Source: Syntrophales bacterium
Lineage (GTDB): Bacteria > Desulfobacterota > Syntrophia > Syntrophales > UBA2210
Direction: 5' to 3'
NCBI GenBank assembly: GCA_963666365.2
Contig: CAXXNF010000002.1
Coordinates: 1,152,001 to 1,216,000, forward strand
Length of the DNA: 64,000 nt
The notes under the pieces are model-generated. The model had not been told where the DNA came from and did not search any database. It saw nothing but the letters and a program-made list of their open reading frames with translations. Shown here piece after piece: positions 10,796 through 21,135 of this stretch. The number at the start of each line of letters is the position of its first letter. Position 1 is the stretch's first letter. The position numbers were made by a program, and so were the translations under genes.

Positions 10796-11401
10796 TTATT
10801 TCTCAAGCCGGGACAATAGCGCTTTTATGGTTTCTCTTTGAGTGGCACACAGGATCGTGTGCAGGCCCTCCTCCGCCGCTCCGCGGACATACTCGGCCCT
10901 GTCATCCACAAAGAGCGACTCAGAGGGCGCGCATTCGAGCTTCTTGAGCGTCAGGCGGTAAATTCCCGCTTCGGGTTTGCATATCTTTTCCCTGCATGAA
11001 AAGGTTGCCATATCGAACATCCCGTAGTTGCACTCATAAAAATATTGAACGGCAGGCTCCTCGGTATTTGACAGAATCGCCGTCTTAAAACCGCGGGCCT
11101 TCAGTGATGCGGCCAGTGAAAACATTTCGCCCCTTGGGGAATAGGCCTGACGGAACGCCTCATTCCATAGCGAAGGGCTATTCGGTAGCGGTACGTGCAA
11201 CTCACCGCATACTCTTCGCCAAAACTCCTCTTCGGAAAGAAAACCTCCCTGAAATTCGAATGAATGCCGCGCATGCGCCTCTTGAAAGCGATCGACAGTC
11301 GTTCCCAACGCGGTACTGCAATAGGACAATAGACCGGGGACGGGGTCATCGATCAGGACGCCTCCCCAGTCAAATATCACCGATTTTATTGTATCTTTCA
11401 C
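10796..11401 (-). CDS. HAD-family phosphatase/hydrolase
   Basis: FDWGGVL motif I, LSNT, KPEAGIY, LFVDDR. Confidence 0.88.
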   Translation of the reverse strand: MKDTIKSVIFDWGGVLIDDPVPGLLSYCSTALGTTVDRFQEAHARHSFEFQGGFLSEEEFWRRVCGELHVPLPNSPSLWNEAFRQAYSPRGEMFSLAASLKARGFKTAILSNTEEPAVQYFYECNYGMFDMATFSCREKICKPEAGIYRLTLKKLECAPSESLFVDDRAEYVRGAAEEGLHTILCATQRETIKALLSRLEK

Positions 11402-11473
11402 CTCTCAACTACTGCCCTTTTTCATCAGCCTGCCATGACATGGGGAACCCCTGTCCTTGACGGTGTTTTCCCT

Positions 11474-12286
11474 TCAGCCCTTCCCACGGGGATCACCAGG
11501 CAGGTAATAGCCGGTGACCTTTTTGTAGGCTTCCGATGTCCTGTTCCCCGGGATTCCGTCTATCTTCACGAAAATACCCGGGAATGTGTTCAACCATCGC
11601 TGAAGGTTTTCAGCGCTCGTGCTGCTGTCCGAAAGTGCCGACTTGTTCGTCGAATATCTCACAATCAGGGGTGCTGTGTCCGCTTTCACCAACGGCTGAT
11701 CTTCGAATTCCACGAATCCATGTTCCGCCATCCGTCTCAGCAGCACCGCCGCCCCGCATTGTCTGGAGACGGCGGTATCCGACCACGTGCCGTCGGATAC
11801 GTATTTCCCTTGCCGGTAGTGGTTTGAAAATCCCCATAGATAGGGGGACAGCACATAGGGGTGATAGAGGCGATAGCCCCACCCGTTGTAACGTTCCAGC
11901 TGATACAGGGTACCGGCGAGCCCCCAGTCGAGATGCGAATCGAGTTTTCTCAACGACAACGCGTCAAAGGCGCTTTCCTCCCAGATGAAGGGAGGATCGC
12001 CCTTTTTCGGCCGCCCTGCAGGCACGTGAACAGTGCGGCCGGTAAGCGGGTCGCCGTTGTGCAGATGACGTGCAAAATCAAGCCCCGCTTCCATAGTGTG
12101 GACCGCCGCAACAAAACCCCAGGGAACTCCTGCCTGCTCACTTACCTTCCGATACCGCGTTTCATGTGACTTCAGCTTCGCAACCAGGCCGTCAACAATG
12201 GCCGCTTTCTCGGGCCGAATACTGCAGGTGTCAAAAAGCTGCTCATAGTGTCGGCGCAGTGTCTCTGTAAATCGCACGGTTGCCAT
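11474..12286 (-). CDS. Lysozyme-like protein with C-terminal peptidoglycan-binding-like segment
   Basis: HTMEAG, HLHNGDPL, ERYNGWGY, SPYLW, GKYVSDG; LQRWLN...IDGIPGNRT at the C-terminus. Confidence 0.75.
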   Translation of the reverse strand: MATVRFTETLRRHYEQLFDTCSIRPEKAAIVDGLVAKLKSHETRYRKVSEQAGVPWGFVAAVHTMEAGLDFARHLHNGDPLTGRTVHVPAGRPKKGDPPFIWEESAFDALSLRKLDSHLDWGLAGTLYQLERYNGWGYRLYHPYVLSPYLWGFSNHYRQGKYVSDGTWSDTAVSRQCGAAVLLRRMAEHGFVEFEDQPLVKADTAPLIVRYSTNKSALSDSSTSAENLQRWLNTFPGIFVKIDGIPGNRTSEAYKKVTGYYLPGDPRGKG

Positions 12287-12333
12287 TAATTCACTCCCTT
12301 TTTATCTCGAAGAGAGCATGCGGGGCGGACGAT

Positions 12334-12846
12334 TCATAGATAGTATCCACTTCCAACGACCCATCCGAAGGGCTTGAAAAGAAGTACGTAGGACCGTTTA
12401 GGATGTGGTGCGGTTTCTCCCTTTTTCGAGAACAAATACTCGGTATAGCCGCCGCCGGCACCGCCAATTGCAAGAAACTTCTTGACATAACAGATGCCGT
12501 TGCTGTCCCTGTCCTCGAGGCGATTTCTCCCTTCCACATCGGTACGCCCGTAGAGTACCACGTTCACACCCTCTGTCGTGTCGGCCCAGAAATACCCTTC
12601 CGTCCCATACCTCAGATCGCGCAACAGATCGGCGCCGAGTTTTTTCGCCTCATCAAGTGTAAGTTCACCCCTCTGATGCTTTGCATAGAGCGCCTGAAGC
12701 ATGCTGACCGCAGTTTCCACCTCACACTTGATCAGCAGATCCTGTGCCGATGAACTCGCCCGCTCTTCAGCCTGCGACACCAGGGGCGCCCATAAAAGGG
12801 CAATCACAAGAAAGCCCGCCGCTACCGCTGTCAATGTCTTTTTCAT
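12334..12846 (-). CDS. Secreted single Cache-domain protein
   Basis: Signal peptide; LRYGTEGYFW, GGGYTEYLFSK, PKRSYV, GWVVGSGYY. Confidence 0.85.
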   Translation of the reverse strand: MKKTLTAVAAGFLVIALLWAPLVSQAEERASSSAQDLLIKCEVETAVSMLQALYAKHQRGELTLDEAKKLGADLLRDLRYGTEGYFWADTTEGVNVVLYGRTDVEGRNRLEDRDSNGICYVKKFLAIGGAGGGYTEYLFSKKGETAPHPKRSYVLLFKPFGWVVGSGYYL

Positions 12847-13007
12847 GTGTGCGACCTCCTATATTTACTTTTTGTATGCTCGCTCTGATTCCGTAAATGA
12901 ATGAGCTGCCTGTATGTACTCGGATGGAACCGGAAATATTTTCTTCAGCAAGAGCAGGAATCCCACCATTGCACCCATTATACACACTATGAGCACTATC
13001 GCATACA

Positions 13008-14765
13008 TCACGCGTCTCCCTTACCCGTCCCGGCACTATGTACCTCCCTGTGCAGGATGCACTGCAAAACGGCCAGCGCACAGGTGTAGGCAGCCTCAAC
13101 CCCTTCATATCCCAGGCGGTTGCTCAACAAACTGGCTCTGATGTTATAGGGAGTATCCGAACTGTAGTGCAGGATCCCTATATCAAAGGCGCGCGTCGCT
13201 TCGATCCGGATCGGCTGCTGCCTGGGCGCCGGCCGGCCGTGCAAGTGCTCATAAAGAGCGGAAAGATAGGGACCTGCTTCCATTTCGATACCGGTAAAGT
13301 CCTCTTTGTGCAGGTGCTTGACGGAATCCCAATTGTGCAGAAATGTACCCCGCACTGTCACCGACTTCTGATCGTCAAACACGGCCATACTCCCGAGGTG
13401 TCCGACAAGATTCCGTACCGAAAAACAGTTTTTGAACATATAGCGATTTTGGGTGTGTTCGTCACTTATTTCCGAAGGGATCATAATATCCCCCAGGCGA
13501 CCAATCATGGCAGCGGATTTTCCCATAATGTACACGCCTCGTAAATCTTTCGCCCTGTCGGCAATCTGTGACATAATATAATAGGCTGAAAAACCAAGAG
13601 GATAATCGATATTCAGAATAATAGCCCGACTTTTTTTTAAAACACTTGAATAATTCCGGTTCAAACGCGGATCAATACGGTCCGGATCTATACGGCTCAC
13701 ATCTATGACTTGTGCTTCCTGATCGAGAAAATGTTCATGTCCGAAACGCTGCAGACCGGCCTTCGCTTCCATTTCCCTTTGGATCTTAAACAGATAGGGG
13801 TCGCTTTCCACATATTGTTTCTGAACATAATAATAGAAATTCAGTGCTGCTTCTCTGTCCTCTCTTCGGAGCCACTCCCATTTACGGGAAAGTTCCTTAT
13901 TACCGCTTTCGAGCGCATGGGTCATCAGTTCGTGACGATAGCGGTATGCAAATCCTGAAATAAGGTTGGCGAGGCTGTGCGTGTTACTGGAAACCAGGTA
14001 GAGCGGACGCTGTTCAATTCCGGCATCGCGAAAATGTTCCACAAGATTCATCCACCACCGTTTTACCGCTTTTTTGTACTCGTTGTGATCTGCGGAAAGC
14101 ATTTTTATCCGAAAGTTTTTCGGGGCTGATGCAACAGCTGCAATTTTTTTATCCCACTGATCTCCCCACACCTCCATCAGCATTTCGTAATCGCCGGTCG
14201 ATACCCCCAGGGCCGCTTTCAGGGCGCCGCCAATCGACGAGGCCTTTATGCGGCCATTTTTTACCTGTTCTATAAAGGTCAATCGGTTCAGGCGTACGTG
14301 CATTTTGTTCCATTCAATTTGAAAGGCGCACAGGGACGGAACTAAGTCATCTATGTCGGATATACTGGACGGACATACCGCAAGGGTATCGCGACCGTTG
14401 AACAGGGTCTTTCGTCGTCTGGCCTGCGCGGGCGCAGGTTCCCACGCATCGATGTCTTCATAACTATAGGCCCTGAACACATAATCTCCGGCCCCTATGA
14501 CCACTTGATTCACCAGTTCCATACAGTCAGGCAACCGCAATGCCGAGTAAAGAAACGCCGAAACTGTTACCGCCTCCGCCGCTGCATCGCGGTGCAGGCT
14601 GGAAGAGGCGGATCGATGGAAACTTTCGAGGCAATCTACGGTAATTTCACCCGCTCCACTGAGCAACGCATGATAGGCGTTCACGTACTGTTCGATCAGC
14701 CGGTCTTCCGCAAAAGAAGAAGAGCGTGTATCCGGTTTGATTTTCTGGAGTATTCTGTTAAACAT
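13008..14765 (-). CDS. Conserved protein (DUF6909-like) with nucleoside phosphorylase-like C-terminal region
   Basis: 585 aa; ARRR, QIEWNKMH, NIDYPLG, MGKSA..G..GDIMIP, IEMEAGPYLSA, YSSDTP. Confidence 0.65.
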   Translation of the reverse strand: MFNRILQKIKPDTRSSSFAEDRLIEQYVNAYHALLSGAGEITVDCLESFHRSASSSLHRDAAAEAVTVSAFLYSALRLPDCMELVNQVVIGAGDYVFRAYSYEDIDAWEPAPAQARRRKTLFNGRDTLAVCPSSISDIDDLVPSLCAFQIEWNKMHVRLNRLTFIEQVKNGRIKASSIGGALKAALGVSTGDYEMLMEVWGDQWDKKIAAVASAPKNFRIKMLSADHNEYKKAVKRWWMNLVEHFRDAGIEQRPLYLVSSNTHSLANLISGFAYRYRHELMTHALESGNKELSRKWEWLRREDREAALNFYYYVQKQYVESDPYLFKIQREMEAKAGLQRFGHEHFLDQEAQVIDVSRIDPDRIDPRLNRNYSSVLKKSRAIILNIDYPLGFSAYYIMSQIADRAKDLRGVYIMGKSAAMIGRLGDIMIPSEISDEHTQNRYMFKNCFSVRNLVGHLGSMAVFDDQKSVTVRGTFLHNWDSVKHLHKEDFTGIEMEAGPYLSALYEHLHGRPAPRQQPIRIEATRAFDIGILHYSSDTPYNIRASLLSNRLGYEGVEAAYTCALAVLQCILHREVHSAGTGKGDA

Positions 14766-16118
14766 CTATCCGAAATAATGATCGAGATTGAAAAGAAGCA
14801 TAAGTGCAATGGCATCAATTACAACCAGTTCAACGGATATCTGATTGGTTTTTCTGCAGGCCCACTTTACAATTGTCCAGCTCAGGCATCCCCAGATGAT
14901 TCCATGGGTAATGGAATGAGTTAAGGGCATGCTGATCATTGCCATAAAAAAAGGGATGGCATCGTCAAATCGTTCCCACCGGACATATATCAACGGCTTC
15001 AGCATGAAAACCCCCGCCAGCACCAGTATGGGCGCCGTTGATAACGGTGGAATCAGGGACAGAAGCGGCGACAAAAACATGAAAGGGAGAAATAGCAGCC
15101 CTGCCACCACGGCGGTCAGCCCTGTCCGCCCGCCTTCCCGTATGCCTGTGGAGGATTCAATATAGGCGGTAGCCGGGCTGGTTCCTATCAGCGCAGACGC
15201 GGTAACGCCGATGGCGTTTACCTTCAGCGAGCGTACTACATTCCTCGGATCACCCTCCTCATCAACAAGATCGCCTGCTTCACAGACGCCCACGCAGGTG
15301 GATAAACAATCAAAAAGACAGGTAAAGAGCAGCACAAACATGACAGGCCACAGAGAGAGCTTCGCTGCCCCGATTATGTCAAGACGCATGAAGAGGCTGA
15401 AATCGGGTGCGGCATACCACCCATCCCAGTGGATCACCGTCGCATGTCCTTGAGGAATAGCCTGCGCAATTCCCCAGAAACGTCCGATGGGCCACGCCAG
15501 CAATGTGGTTGCCAGAATGCCAAGAACAAAACTCCCACGCACTTTACGCACTACCAGCGCGGCAGTAATTAAAAAACCCGAGAGAAAGGTCAGCGTAGTC
15601 GCATCGAGTGAACCATAGGTCCAGCCCCCGGTATCGGCACTCATGATAAACCCTCCCGACTCAAGCCCTATCATGGCGATAAAAAGCCCAATCCCTCCGG
15701 CCAGTCCGTAACGAAGCATAGGAGGTATGGCGGCTAGCAACCGTTTTTTCCGGTCTATAATCATGAGCACTATAAAAATGAGACCTGCATAGAACACACA
15801 ACCCAGAGCCACCTCATAGGGTACGCCCTCCGAGCGCGATACGGCGTATACAAACAACTGATTTATCCCCATGCCGGGGGCCACGAGAATCGGATTGTTG
15901 GTGTATACACCCATGAGTATGCTGGTGAACGCGCTGACAATTACTGTCGCGGTCAGAACGGCGCCGTAGGGCATATCCGCCCCCCGGAGAATGGCAGGAT
16001 TCACTACAATTACATACATGCCTGACAAAAACGTGGTTACTCCGGCAAGCACTTCCGTCTTCACGTCCGTGCCGTTGTGCGTCAATTCAAAATAATCAGC
16101 CATCGTATAGAGTATCAC
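14766..16118 (-). CDS. NCS2/AzgA-family purine permease
   Basis: EVLAGVTTF, VNPAIL, APGMG, AYIESSTGIREGGRTGLTA. Confidence 0.9.
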   Translation of the reverse strand: MILYTMADYFELTHNGTDVKTEVLAGVTTFLSGMYVIVVNPAILRGADMPYGAVLTATVIVSAFTSILMGVYTNNPILVAPGMGINQLFVYAVSRSEGVPYEVALGCVFYAGLIFIVLMIIDRKKRLLAAIPPMLRYGLAGGIGLFIAMIGLESGGFIMSADTGGWTYGSLDATTLTFLSGFLITAALVVRKVRGSFVLGILATTLLAWPIGRFWGIAQAIPQGHATVIHWDGWYAAPDFSLFMRLDIIGAAKLSLWPVMFVLLFTCLFDCLSTCVGVCEAGDLVDEEGDPRNVVRSLKVNAIGVTASALIGTSPATAYIESSTGIREGGRTGLTAVVAGLLFLPFMFLSPLLSLIPPLSTAPILVLAGVFMLKPLIYVRWERFDDAIPFFMAMISMPLTHSITHGIIWGCLSWTIVKWACRKTNQISVELVVIDAIALMLLFNLDHYFG

Positions 16119-16172
16119 TTATATCCATTGAAGTGAGCAGCGGTTCGCCGAACCATGAGTATTCACAATCAT

Positions 16173-16631
16173 TTATTGTATGCTTGGGGGCACCTGGGTT
16201 ATGGGTGCGTTCTTCTTTATCGCCCCGCTCTGTTCCAAGGCAGCCATGATCTGCTTTAACTTGTTAAATAGATCGACGGCCGCATTGGGAGTGAGCACCA
16301 AACGGCACACCGGATACTGTCGCCCCGTCGGCGAATTGGGCGGTTTGGGCTCGTCCATCCGGATCGTGCAAAATTCGATTCGCATGGTGTGCCCGTCAAA
16401 GGTGAACGTGCGGGTGGAATCGGCAAAGGTCTCTGAAATTTCCGGCCTGTCTACAAATCGGATCTGCAGACTATGCGACTGTGGGGCATTCGGGCTTGAC
16501 ATCAGGGATATCCTCCTTTTTTTTGACTCCTTCATATACCCACCGCAGCGCGTCATTTTCAACCATTTTATTGATGATCCCGCAGAAATTGCAGGGGGAA
16601 TAATTCTCGTCTTTATTGTACTTCCCCCCAC
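16173..16631 (-). CDS. Hypothetical protein (real start probably near 16504-16535)
   Basis: Natural-looking core VDRPEISETFADS...RIEFC...CRLVLTPNAA; no family recognised. Confidence 0.6.
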   Translation of the reverse strand: MGGSTIKTRIIPPAISAGSSIKWLKMTRCGGYMKESKKRRISLMSSPNAPQSHSLQIRFVDRPEISETFADSTRTFTFDGHTMRIEFCTIRMDEPKPPNSPTGRQYPVCRLVLTPNAAVDLFNKLKQIMAALEQSGAIKKNAPITQVPPSIQ

Positions 16632-16703
16632 AGGAGAAATTGTGTATGAAAGGGATCATGACATAATCCATCCCTTTGCAAAGCGGGAGTTAAAAATCGT
16701 GAT

Positions 16704-17645
16704 ATGGTGAATCGTCTGATCTTCCTGTTCATTCTCTTACTGTCGCCGGCAGGATTTCAGGCAACCGCCGTGGCTGACGTAGAAACGCCGTGGGCGGTCG
16801 AACTGCATGTGAAGCGTTACATCGGAAGCCACACCTCCTATGAATTCGGCAACCCCTTTCCGCCCTGTCAGGCGCCCTTGAGTCGACTGGAATTTCCCAT
16901 AGACACCTGGTGGGCAGGAGGTGAAGTGACGGGGCGATTCCCCCGCATCTCTCTGGGGGTTGAAATCATGAGAAACATAAACCGTGACTCCGACGGCGCC
17001 TTTGTCGATTCCGACTGGGATGACGAAAACGCCCCACAGGTCAAGACGATTTACTCACAGTCGGAATGCCGTATGGAACCGAGTTACATGATTTGCGGCA
17101 ACGTGGATCTGAAAATAGCGGACTGGATGGGGCTGCCGGCATGGTTCGATCTAAGACCGGTTGCCGGCATCCGCTGGCAGCGGTTCGAACTCATAGCCCA
17201 TGATGGCGAAGAATTCTTTCCGCTGCAGGAATCAATCCCGGGCGAAGGGATTCATTTCACGCAGACCTATCGGCAGTATTTTCTCGGCTTGAAAATGGAA
17301 TACAATCTGGAAAGGCATATCAAGACAGTGCCGCTCACACTGCTCTGTCAGATTGACTGGGCCTACGTCGAAGGCGACAACAGCGATCATCACTTACTCA
17401 GAGTGGGAAACCGCTGGACCTACGAGAAAACCCATGGAGAGGCGTGGCACATCTCTGTGGGAGCGAAAACCGGTCTGACCAAAAATGTGAATGTCACCGT
17501 GGAGGCGGAGTATCTCCGCATAACGACCCACGGGTCACACCGTTTGACCAACGAGATATTCGATATCGACATAGGCTTCGATCACGGGGTCAAGGTATAC
17601 TCGGAGCAGAAAAACATCATGTTCAGCCTGGAGTACCTGTTTTAA
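16704..17645 (+). CDS. Omptin-family outer membrane protease
   Basis: Signal peptide, LSRLEF, D-S-D-W and D-H-H motifs matching omptin catalytic pairs, C-terminal YLF beta-signal. Confidence 0.78.
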   Translation: MVNRLIFLFILLLSPAGFQATAVADVETPWAVELHVKRYIGSHTSYEFGNPFPPCQAPLSRLEFPIDTWWAGGEVTGRFPRISLGVEIMRNINRDSDGAFVDSDWDDENAPQVKTIYSQSECRMEPSYMICGNVDLKIADWMGLPAWFDLRPVAGIRWQRFELIAHDGEEFFPLQESIPGEGIHFTQTYRQYFLGLKMEYNLERHIKTVPLTLLCQIDWAYVEGDNSDHHLLRVGNRWTYEKTHGEAWHISVGAKTGLTKNVNVTVEAEYLRITTHGSHRLTNEIFDIDIGFDHGVKVYSEQKNIMFSLEYLF

Positions 17646-17702
17646 GTACGGGGCACCCCCTCACCTCACCATCACAGCACGTGTGGTTCCCCTGCCTGCC
17701 CC

Positions 17703-18521
17703 CTATCGGTGGTGAGATGTCGTGGTGTGGCCGTGAGTGGTGGTCGTATCTTTGTCGCCCGTCGTTTCGACGACGGTAACAACAGCCGCGGCGGCAATAC
17801 CTGCAGCCGCCGCAACGGTTCCCGCCGTGATCCCCGCGGCCGTGCCTATGCCTGCAGTCGCTCCGGCCGCTCCAGCAGCACTTGCTCCCGCCCCGGCAGC
17901 ACCGGCGCCTGCGGCGCCCACTGCGGCTGCCGAAACAGCGATTGCCCCGCCGCTGATGACAGCGGTCTGGCCGGCAAATATCATAGTGGTTGCCAAAACG
18001 GCACCCGTTGTCGACAGCGCCGAAACAGCCATCTCACCTTCTGAACATATCACTGACACGGTTTCCTGATCATCATCATCGCTGACCACCACAAATTCAA
18101 ACCCCGTGCCCCGGACGCCGGCGACGGCGGTTCGTGAAGATACCTCAAAAATGGAATCCCCACCGATAAATTTCTTTACCATTGCATTAAGCTTACCGAC
18201 CGCCATGAAAAACATACCCTGGCGACTCCCGTCTTGAACAGTAAATTCCTTCACCTCGAATCTGGAATTAGGGGAAAGGATGACGGTACTTTCATCATTG
18301 AAAAGCAACGCAGTCGACGAATCCTTTTCTGTGATGATCACATCTTTCACTTCAATGGGCGAGTTAATGACAGGCCTTGTCCGCATACCCTCTCTTTGCA
18401 GGACAACATCCCCCGCAACAGCAGTAAAATGACCAACCGCTGCAGCCAGAAGCGGCGCAGGAACAAATAGTTGAAAAATCACAAGGCATGCGATGAATAA
18501 ATTTATTTTTTTTAACATCAT
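17703..18521 (-). CDS. FecR-domain exported protein with Ala/Gly-rich and Thr/His-rich tail
   Basis: Signal peptide, F.DES.V.L..NS, TAVAGVRGT FecR motif; tail TTTTHGHTTTSHHR. Confidence 0.8.
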   Translation of the reverse strand: MMLKKINLFIACLVIFQLFVPAPLLAAAVGHFTAVAGDVVLQREGMRTRPVINSPIEVKDVIITEKDSSTALLFNDESTVILSPNSRFEVKEFTVQDGSRQGMFFMAVGKLNAMVKKFIGGDSIFEVSSRTAVAGVRGTGFEFVVVSDDDDQETVSVICSEGEMAVSALSTTGAVLATTMIFAGQTAVISGGAIAVSAAAVGAAGAGAAGAGASAAGAAGATAGIGTAAGITAGTVAAAAGIAAAAVVTVVETTGDKDTTTTHGHTTTSHHR

Positions 18522-18560
18522 AGCGCCTCCTTCATGACCTTTTGCGCATTTGCCAAGGTT

Positions 18561-18742
18561 TTATTCCGTCGTAACTTCCTTTATGCATTCACCGCTGGCA
18601 AGAAAATCTATCATCTCCGGAGAATAATATTGCCAATCCCGGTGTATCGGATCAACCTGCCGAGGATCAAAATGTGTGTGTCGCGATTCGGCACATCCGT
18701 AAAGAACAAAAATCACCGCTACAAATATAAGATTTATTTTCA
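18561..18742 (-). CDS. Small putative lipoprotein
   Basis: GTG start, hydrophobic stretch ending in lipobox-like LYGC; upstream of the FecR gene. Confidence 0.4.
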
Positions 18743-19000
18743 CTGCCCTCTTCCTCGGCGCAATAACATAGGACAACATCATGCAAACCCCATATGCCCG
18801 TTCCCAAAGGTCAAATCACCAATTGCGGTTGCTCGTTAGGATACACAGCTCTCCACCACACAACATGGTTCTTACCCGTACCCCGCATGCAATTGGCCGA
18901 TTGTCCAATGTCAGCACTACGTGCATCAGTGCTGCCTGTGAATGTAACCTCGATTCCTCATGATATCAAGGAGAAAAAGCGTTCCTGTCGTGCTGTCAAT

Positions 19001-19050
19001 AATTATGCGCACTGTCCCCGACCTTAATTCCGGGGACAGTATACTTAATT
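19001..19050. repeat. Back-to-back pair of Y1-element ends (diverged end 19001-19020 plus 25-bp TIR 19026-19050)
   Basis: aattatgcgcactgtccccg followed by aattccggggacagtatacttaatt. Confidence 0.8.
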
Positions 19051-19796
19051 CAGTGTTTCCCTTTCGGCCCCGGTTTTTGTTTCCGAACTACACGGTCAAT
19101 AACCTTCTCGACGTAATCAACAAATTGACTGCTTCCCAACGGCCTGCCTGTCCTCTCGTGTAAACGTAAGCGCTGCCCATCTTTATCTTGCACATCCAGC
19201 TTCAGGAACGAATGCCAGTCAGGTACAAGAGCAATTAACGGTTCAACTTTGATTAAATTGTCATCCTCTCCCCGTATGTGAGCACGAGCACTGCTCCACT
19301 TGTAATCCGCAGGCCTCGTCACAAGGCCCGCCCGAACGGGGTTCAACTCGATATATCGAGCAGCAGCAAGGAGATGCAGCTCGTCCATTGGGAAAGAAAA
19401 AAAGCGCTCCTGCCACAAGTGCCCGCGCCACTCGTGGCTGAAATTTATCATCCGCGTATATTGCCGGTGTGCTTCGCCAATCGCAAAGCGTAAGCTGTCA
19501 GACCGTGAGGGAACCGCAATGAGATGTACATGGTTCGGCATAAGACAGTATGCCCAGATTTCAACACTGTGCTGTGTGCATGACTGCCTCATAATGTTGA
19601 TATACTGCCGATAATCATTGTCAGAAAAAAAGTCTGCAGTCGCCGATTTCCCCGCTGAGTGATGTGATGGGGAACATCAGGAACAACAATCCGAGCCATT
19701 CGTCCCACTAATTCAGTGCGTCTCCTTTCAACTTCTGACTGTCAATAATTATGTATACTGTCCCCGGAATTTGGAAAGTATACTGTCCCCGGAATT
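19026..19796 (-). mobile_element. TIR-bounded Y1/HUH transposase element, copy 1
   Basis: TIRs at 19026-19050 and 19747-19771 (24/25 inverted match), extra partial end at 19776-19796. Confidence 0.85.
19050..19708 (-). pseudogene. RAYT-like Y1 tyrosine transposase, frameshifted
   Basis: 1-bp deletion near 19631 relative to the other copies (659 vs 660 bp); YCLMPNHVHL HUH motif, YIELNPVRAG. Confidence 0.88.
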
Positions 19797-19842
19797 AAGA
19801 CGAAATTACGAGCCCCCAGAATTACGCTGAATTATCCCGGAA

Positions 19843-20172
19843 TTACCCAGAATTATCGCCCCCAAAATTACTCTTATCTCGGGATTCACTTTCATCGGAA
19901 TATTCTCTTTTTTTAAACAATTCTTTCATGCATATTTTTAACGCACCTCCACCTATATTTGCTTTTGAAATAGCAGTTATCATGATAAGCAAGAAAAAAA
20001 ATATAGCAATTAATGGTATTGAAATATATTGAGGTAAGTAACTGCTTATAAAAATAATTAGTTTTCTGAATATCCAGACAATAAACCAAAAAGTAGGAAA
20101 TATAAGTAGTGCAACAAATACACCCGCTACAATTTTAACTATGCTGCTCAATTTTTCTTTTTTTGTGGGCAT
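19843..20172 (-). CDS. Putative immunity protein 3 (small membrane protein)
   Basis: AT-rich, 109 aa, two hydrophobic segments, 8 bp downstream of the orphan Rhs CT. Confidence 0.7.
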   Translation of the reverse strand: MPTKKEKLSSIVKIVAGVFVALLIFPTFWFIVWIFRKLIIFISSYLPQYISIPLIAIFFFLLIMITAISKANIGGGALKICMKELFKKREYSDESESRDKSNFGGDNSG

Positions 20173-20180
20173 ATTATAAC

Positions 20181-20799
20181 CTATTTACAAGGAGATGATT
20201 TATTTTCATTGATATCTTCTTCGATTTTTTGAAAATAAAATAATAAAGGATCAAATGTTGTCCTTACTAATAAATCAGTCATACCTTGCCCAAGGCTGTT
20301 TGCTTTTACTTCCAAATAATCTCTTTCAGCATCAGAATATTCGTAGTGCCAGTCATACCAATTTGGTCCATGTTTTTTCCATTGCAGCCCCTCCGGATCC
20401 ACTCCGTTCACTGGATCGTTCATGCAGTATCCGTAGAGGTCGGTGCTGCCGCCGGCGAAGAGGATGGGGTCTTTGGCGGTCCAGCGGCCGGTGTCGGGAT
20501 CGTAGTCGCGGTGGCCGAATCTGATGAGGCTGGTGTCGCGGTCGTGGAGCCCCCCGGCAAAGCCGAAGGGAATCGCAAGTGTCGGGTTGCTGTCTGTGAT
20601 GATGGTGCCGAAACTGTCGTAGATGGTTTCTTTTACTATATTTCCGCTCTCGTCGGCAACTGTTTTGAGCGAGCCGACCTGATCATAGGCCAAATAGTAG
20701 GACCCGCCGCTTGTGGTCATGGCATAGGGCATTCTGCCGTCAGCATATTCAAAGCGCATGAGCAGGGCGTCGCTTCCATCATAGACGGCAAGCAGCCTG
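20181..20799 (-). pseudogene. Orphan Rhs module 3: about 410 bp core fragment plus 68-aa variable C-terminus
   Basis: 20388-20799 nearly identical to the main rhs core end; DPVNGVDPEG then unique CT; truncated 5 bp from a TIR. Confidence 0.88.
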
Positions 20800-21135
20800 A
20801 TCTTAATTCCGGGGACAGTATACTTAATTCAGTGTTTCCCTTTCGGCCCCGGTTTTTGTTTCCGAACTACACGGTCAATAACCTTCTCGACGTAATCAAC
20901 AAATTGACTGCTTCCCAACGGCCTGCCTGTCCTCTCGTGTAAACGTAAGCGCTGCCCATCTTTATCTTGCACATCCAGCTTCAGGAACGAATGCCAGTCA
21001 GGTACAAGGTAAGCGTACGACCAACTCATATAGCAAAAGAATTTTACATGAAGTACGCTGTACCTAAAACCGGTACAGCCGGTGCTCTTTGATAATATGA
21101 TTACGGGATTCAACCGCCGGAATACGGTGCACTGA

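Noticed and set aside
11474..12286. Lysozyme-like gene as a sign of a prophage
   Set aside because: No holin, structural or integrase genes nearby; the neighbours are housekeeping-type genes.
20829..21113. 94-aa ORF in the track
   Set aside because: Chimera of IS66 end sequence and the 3' part of the interrupted Y1 transposase.
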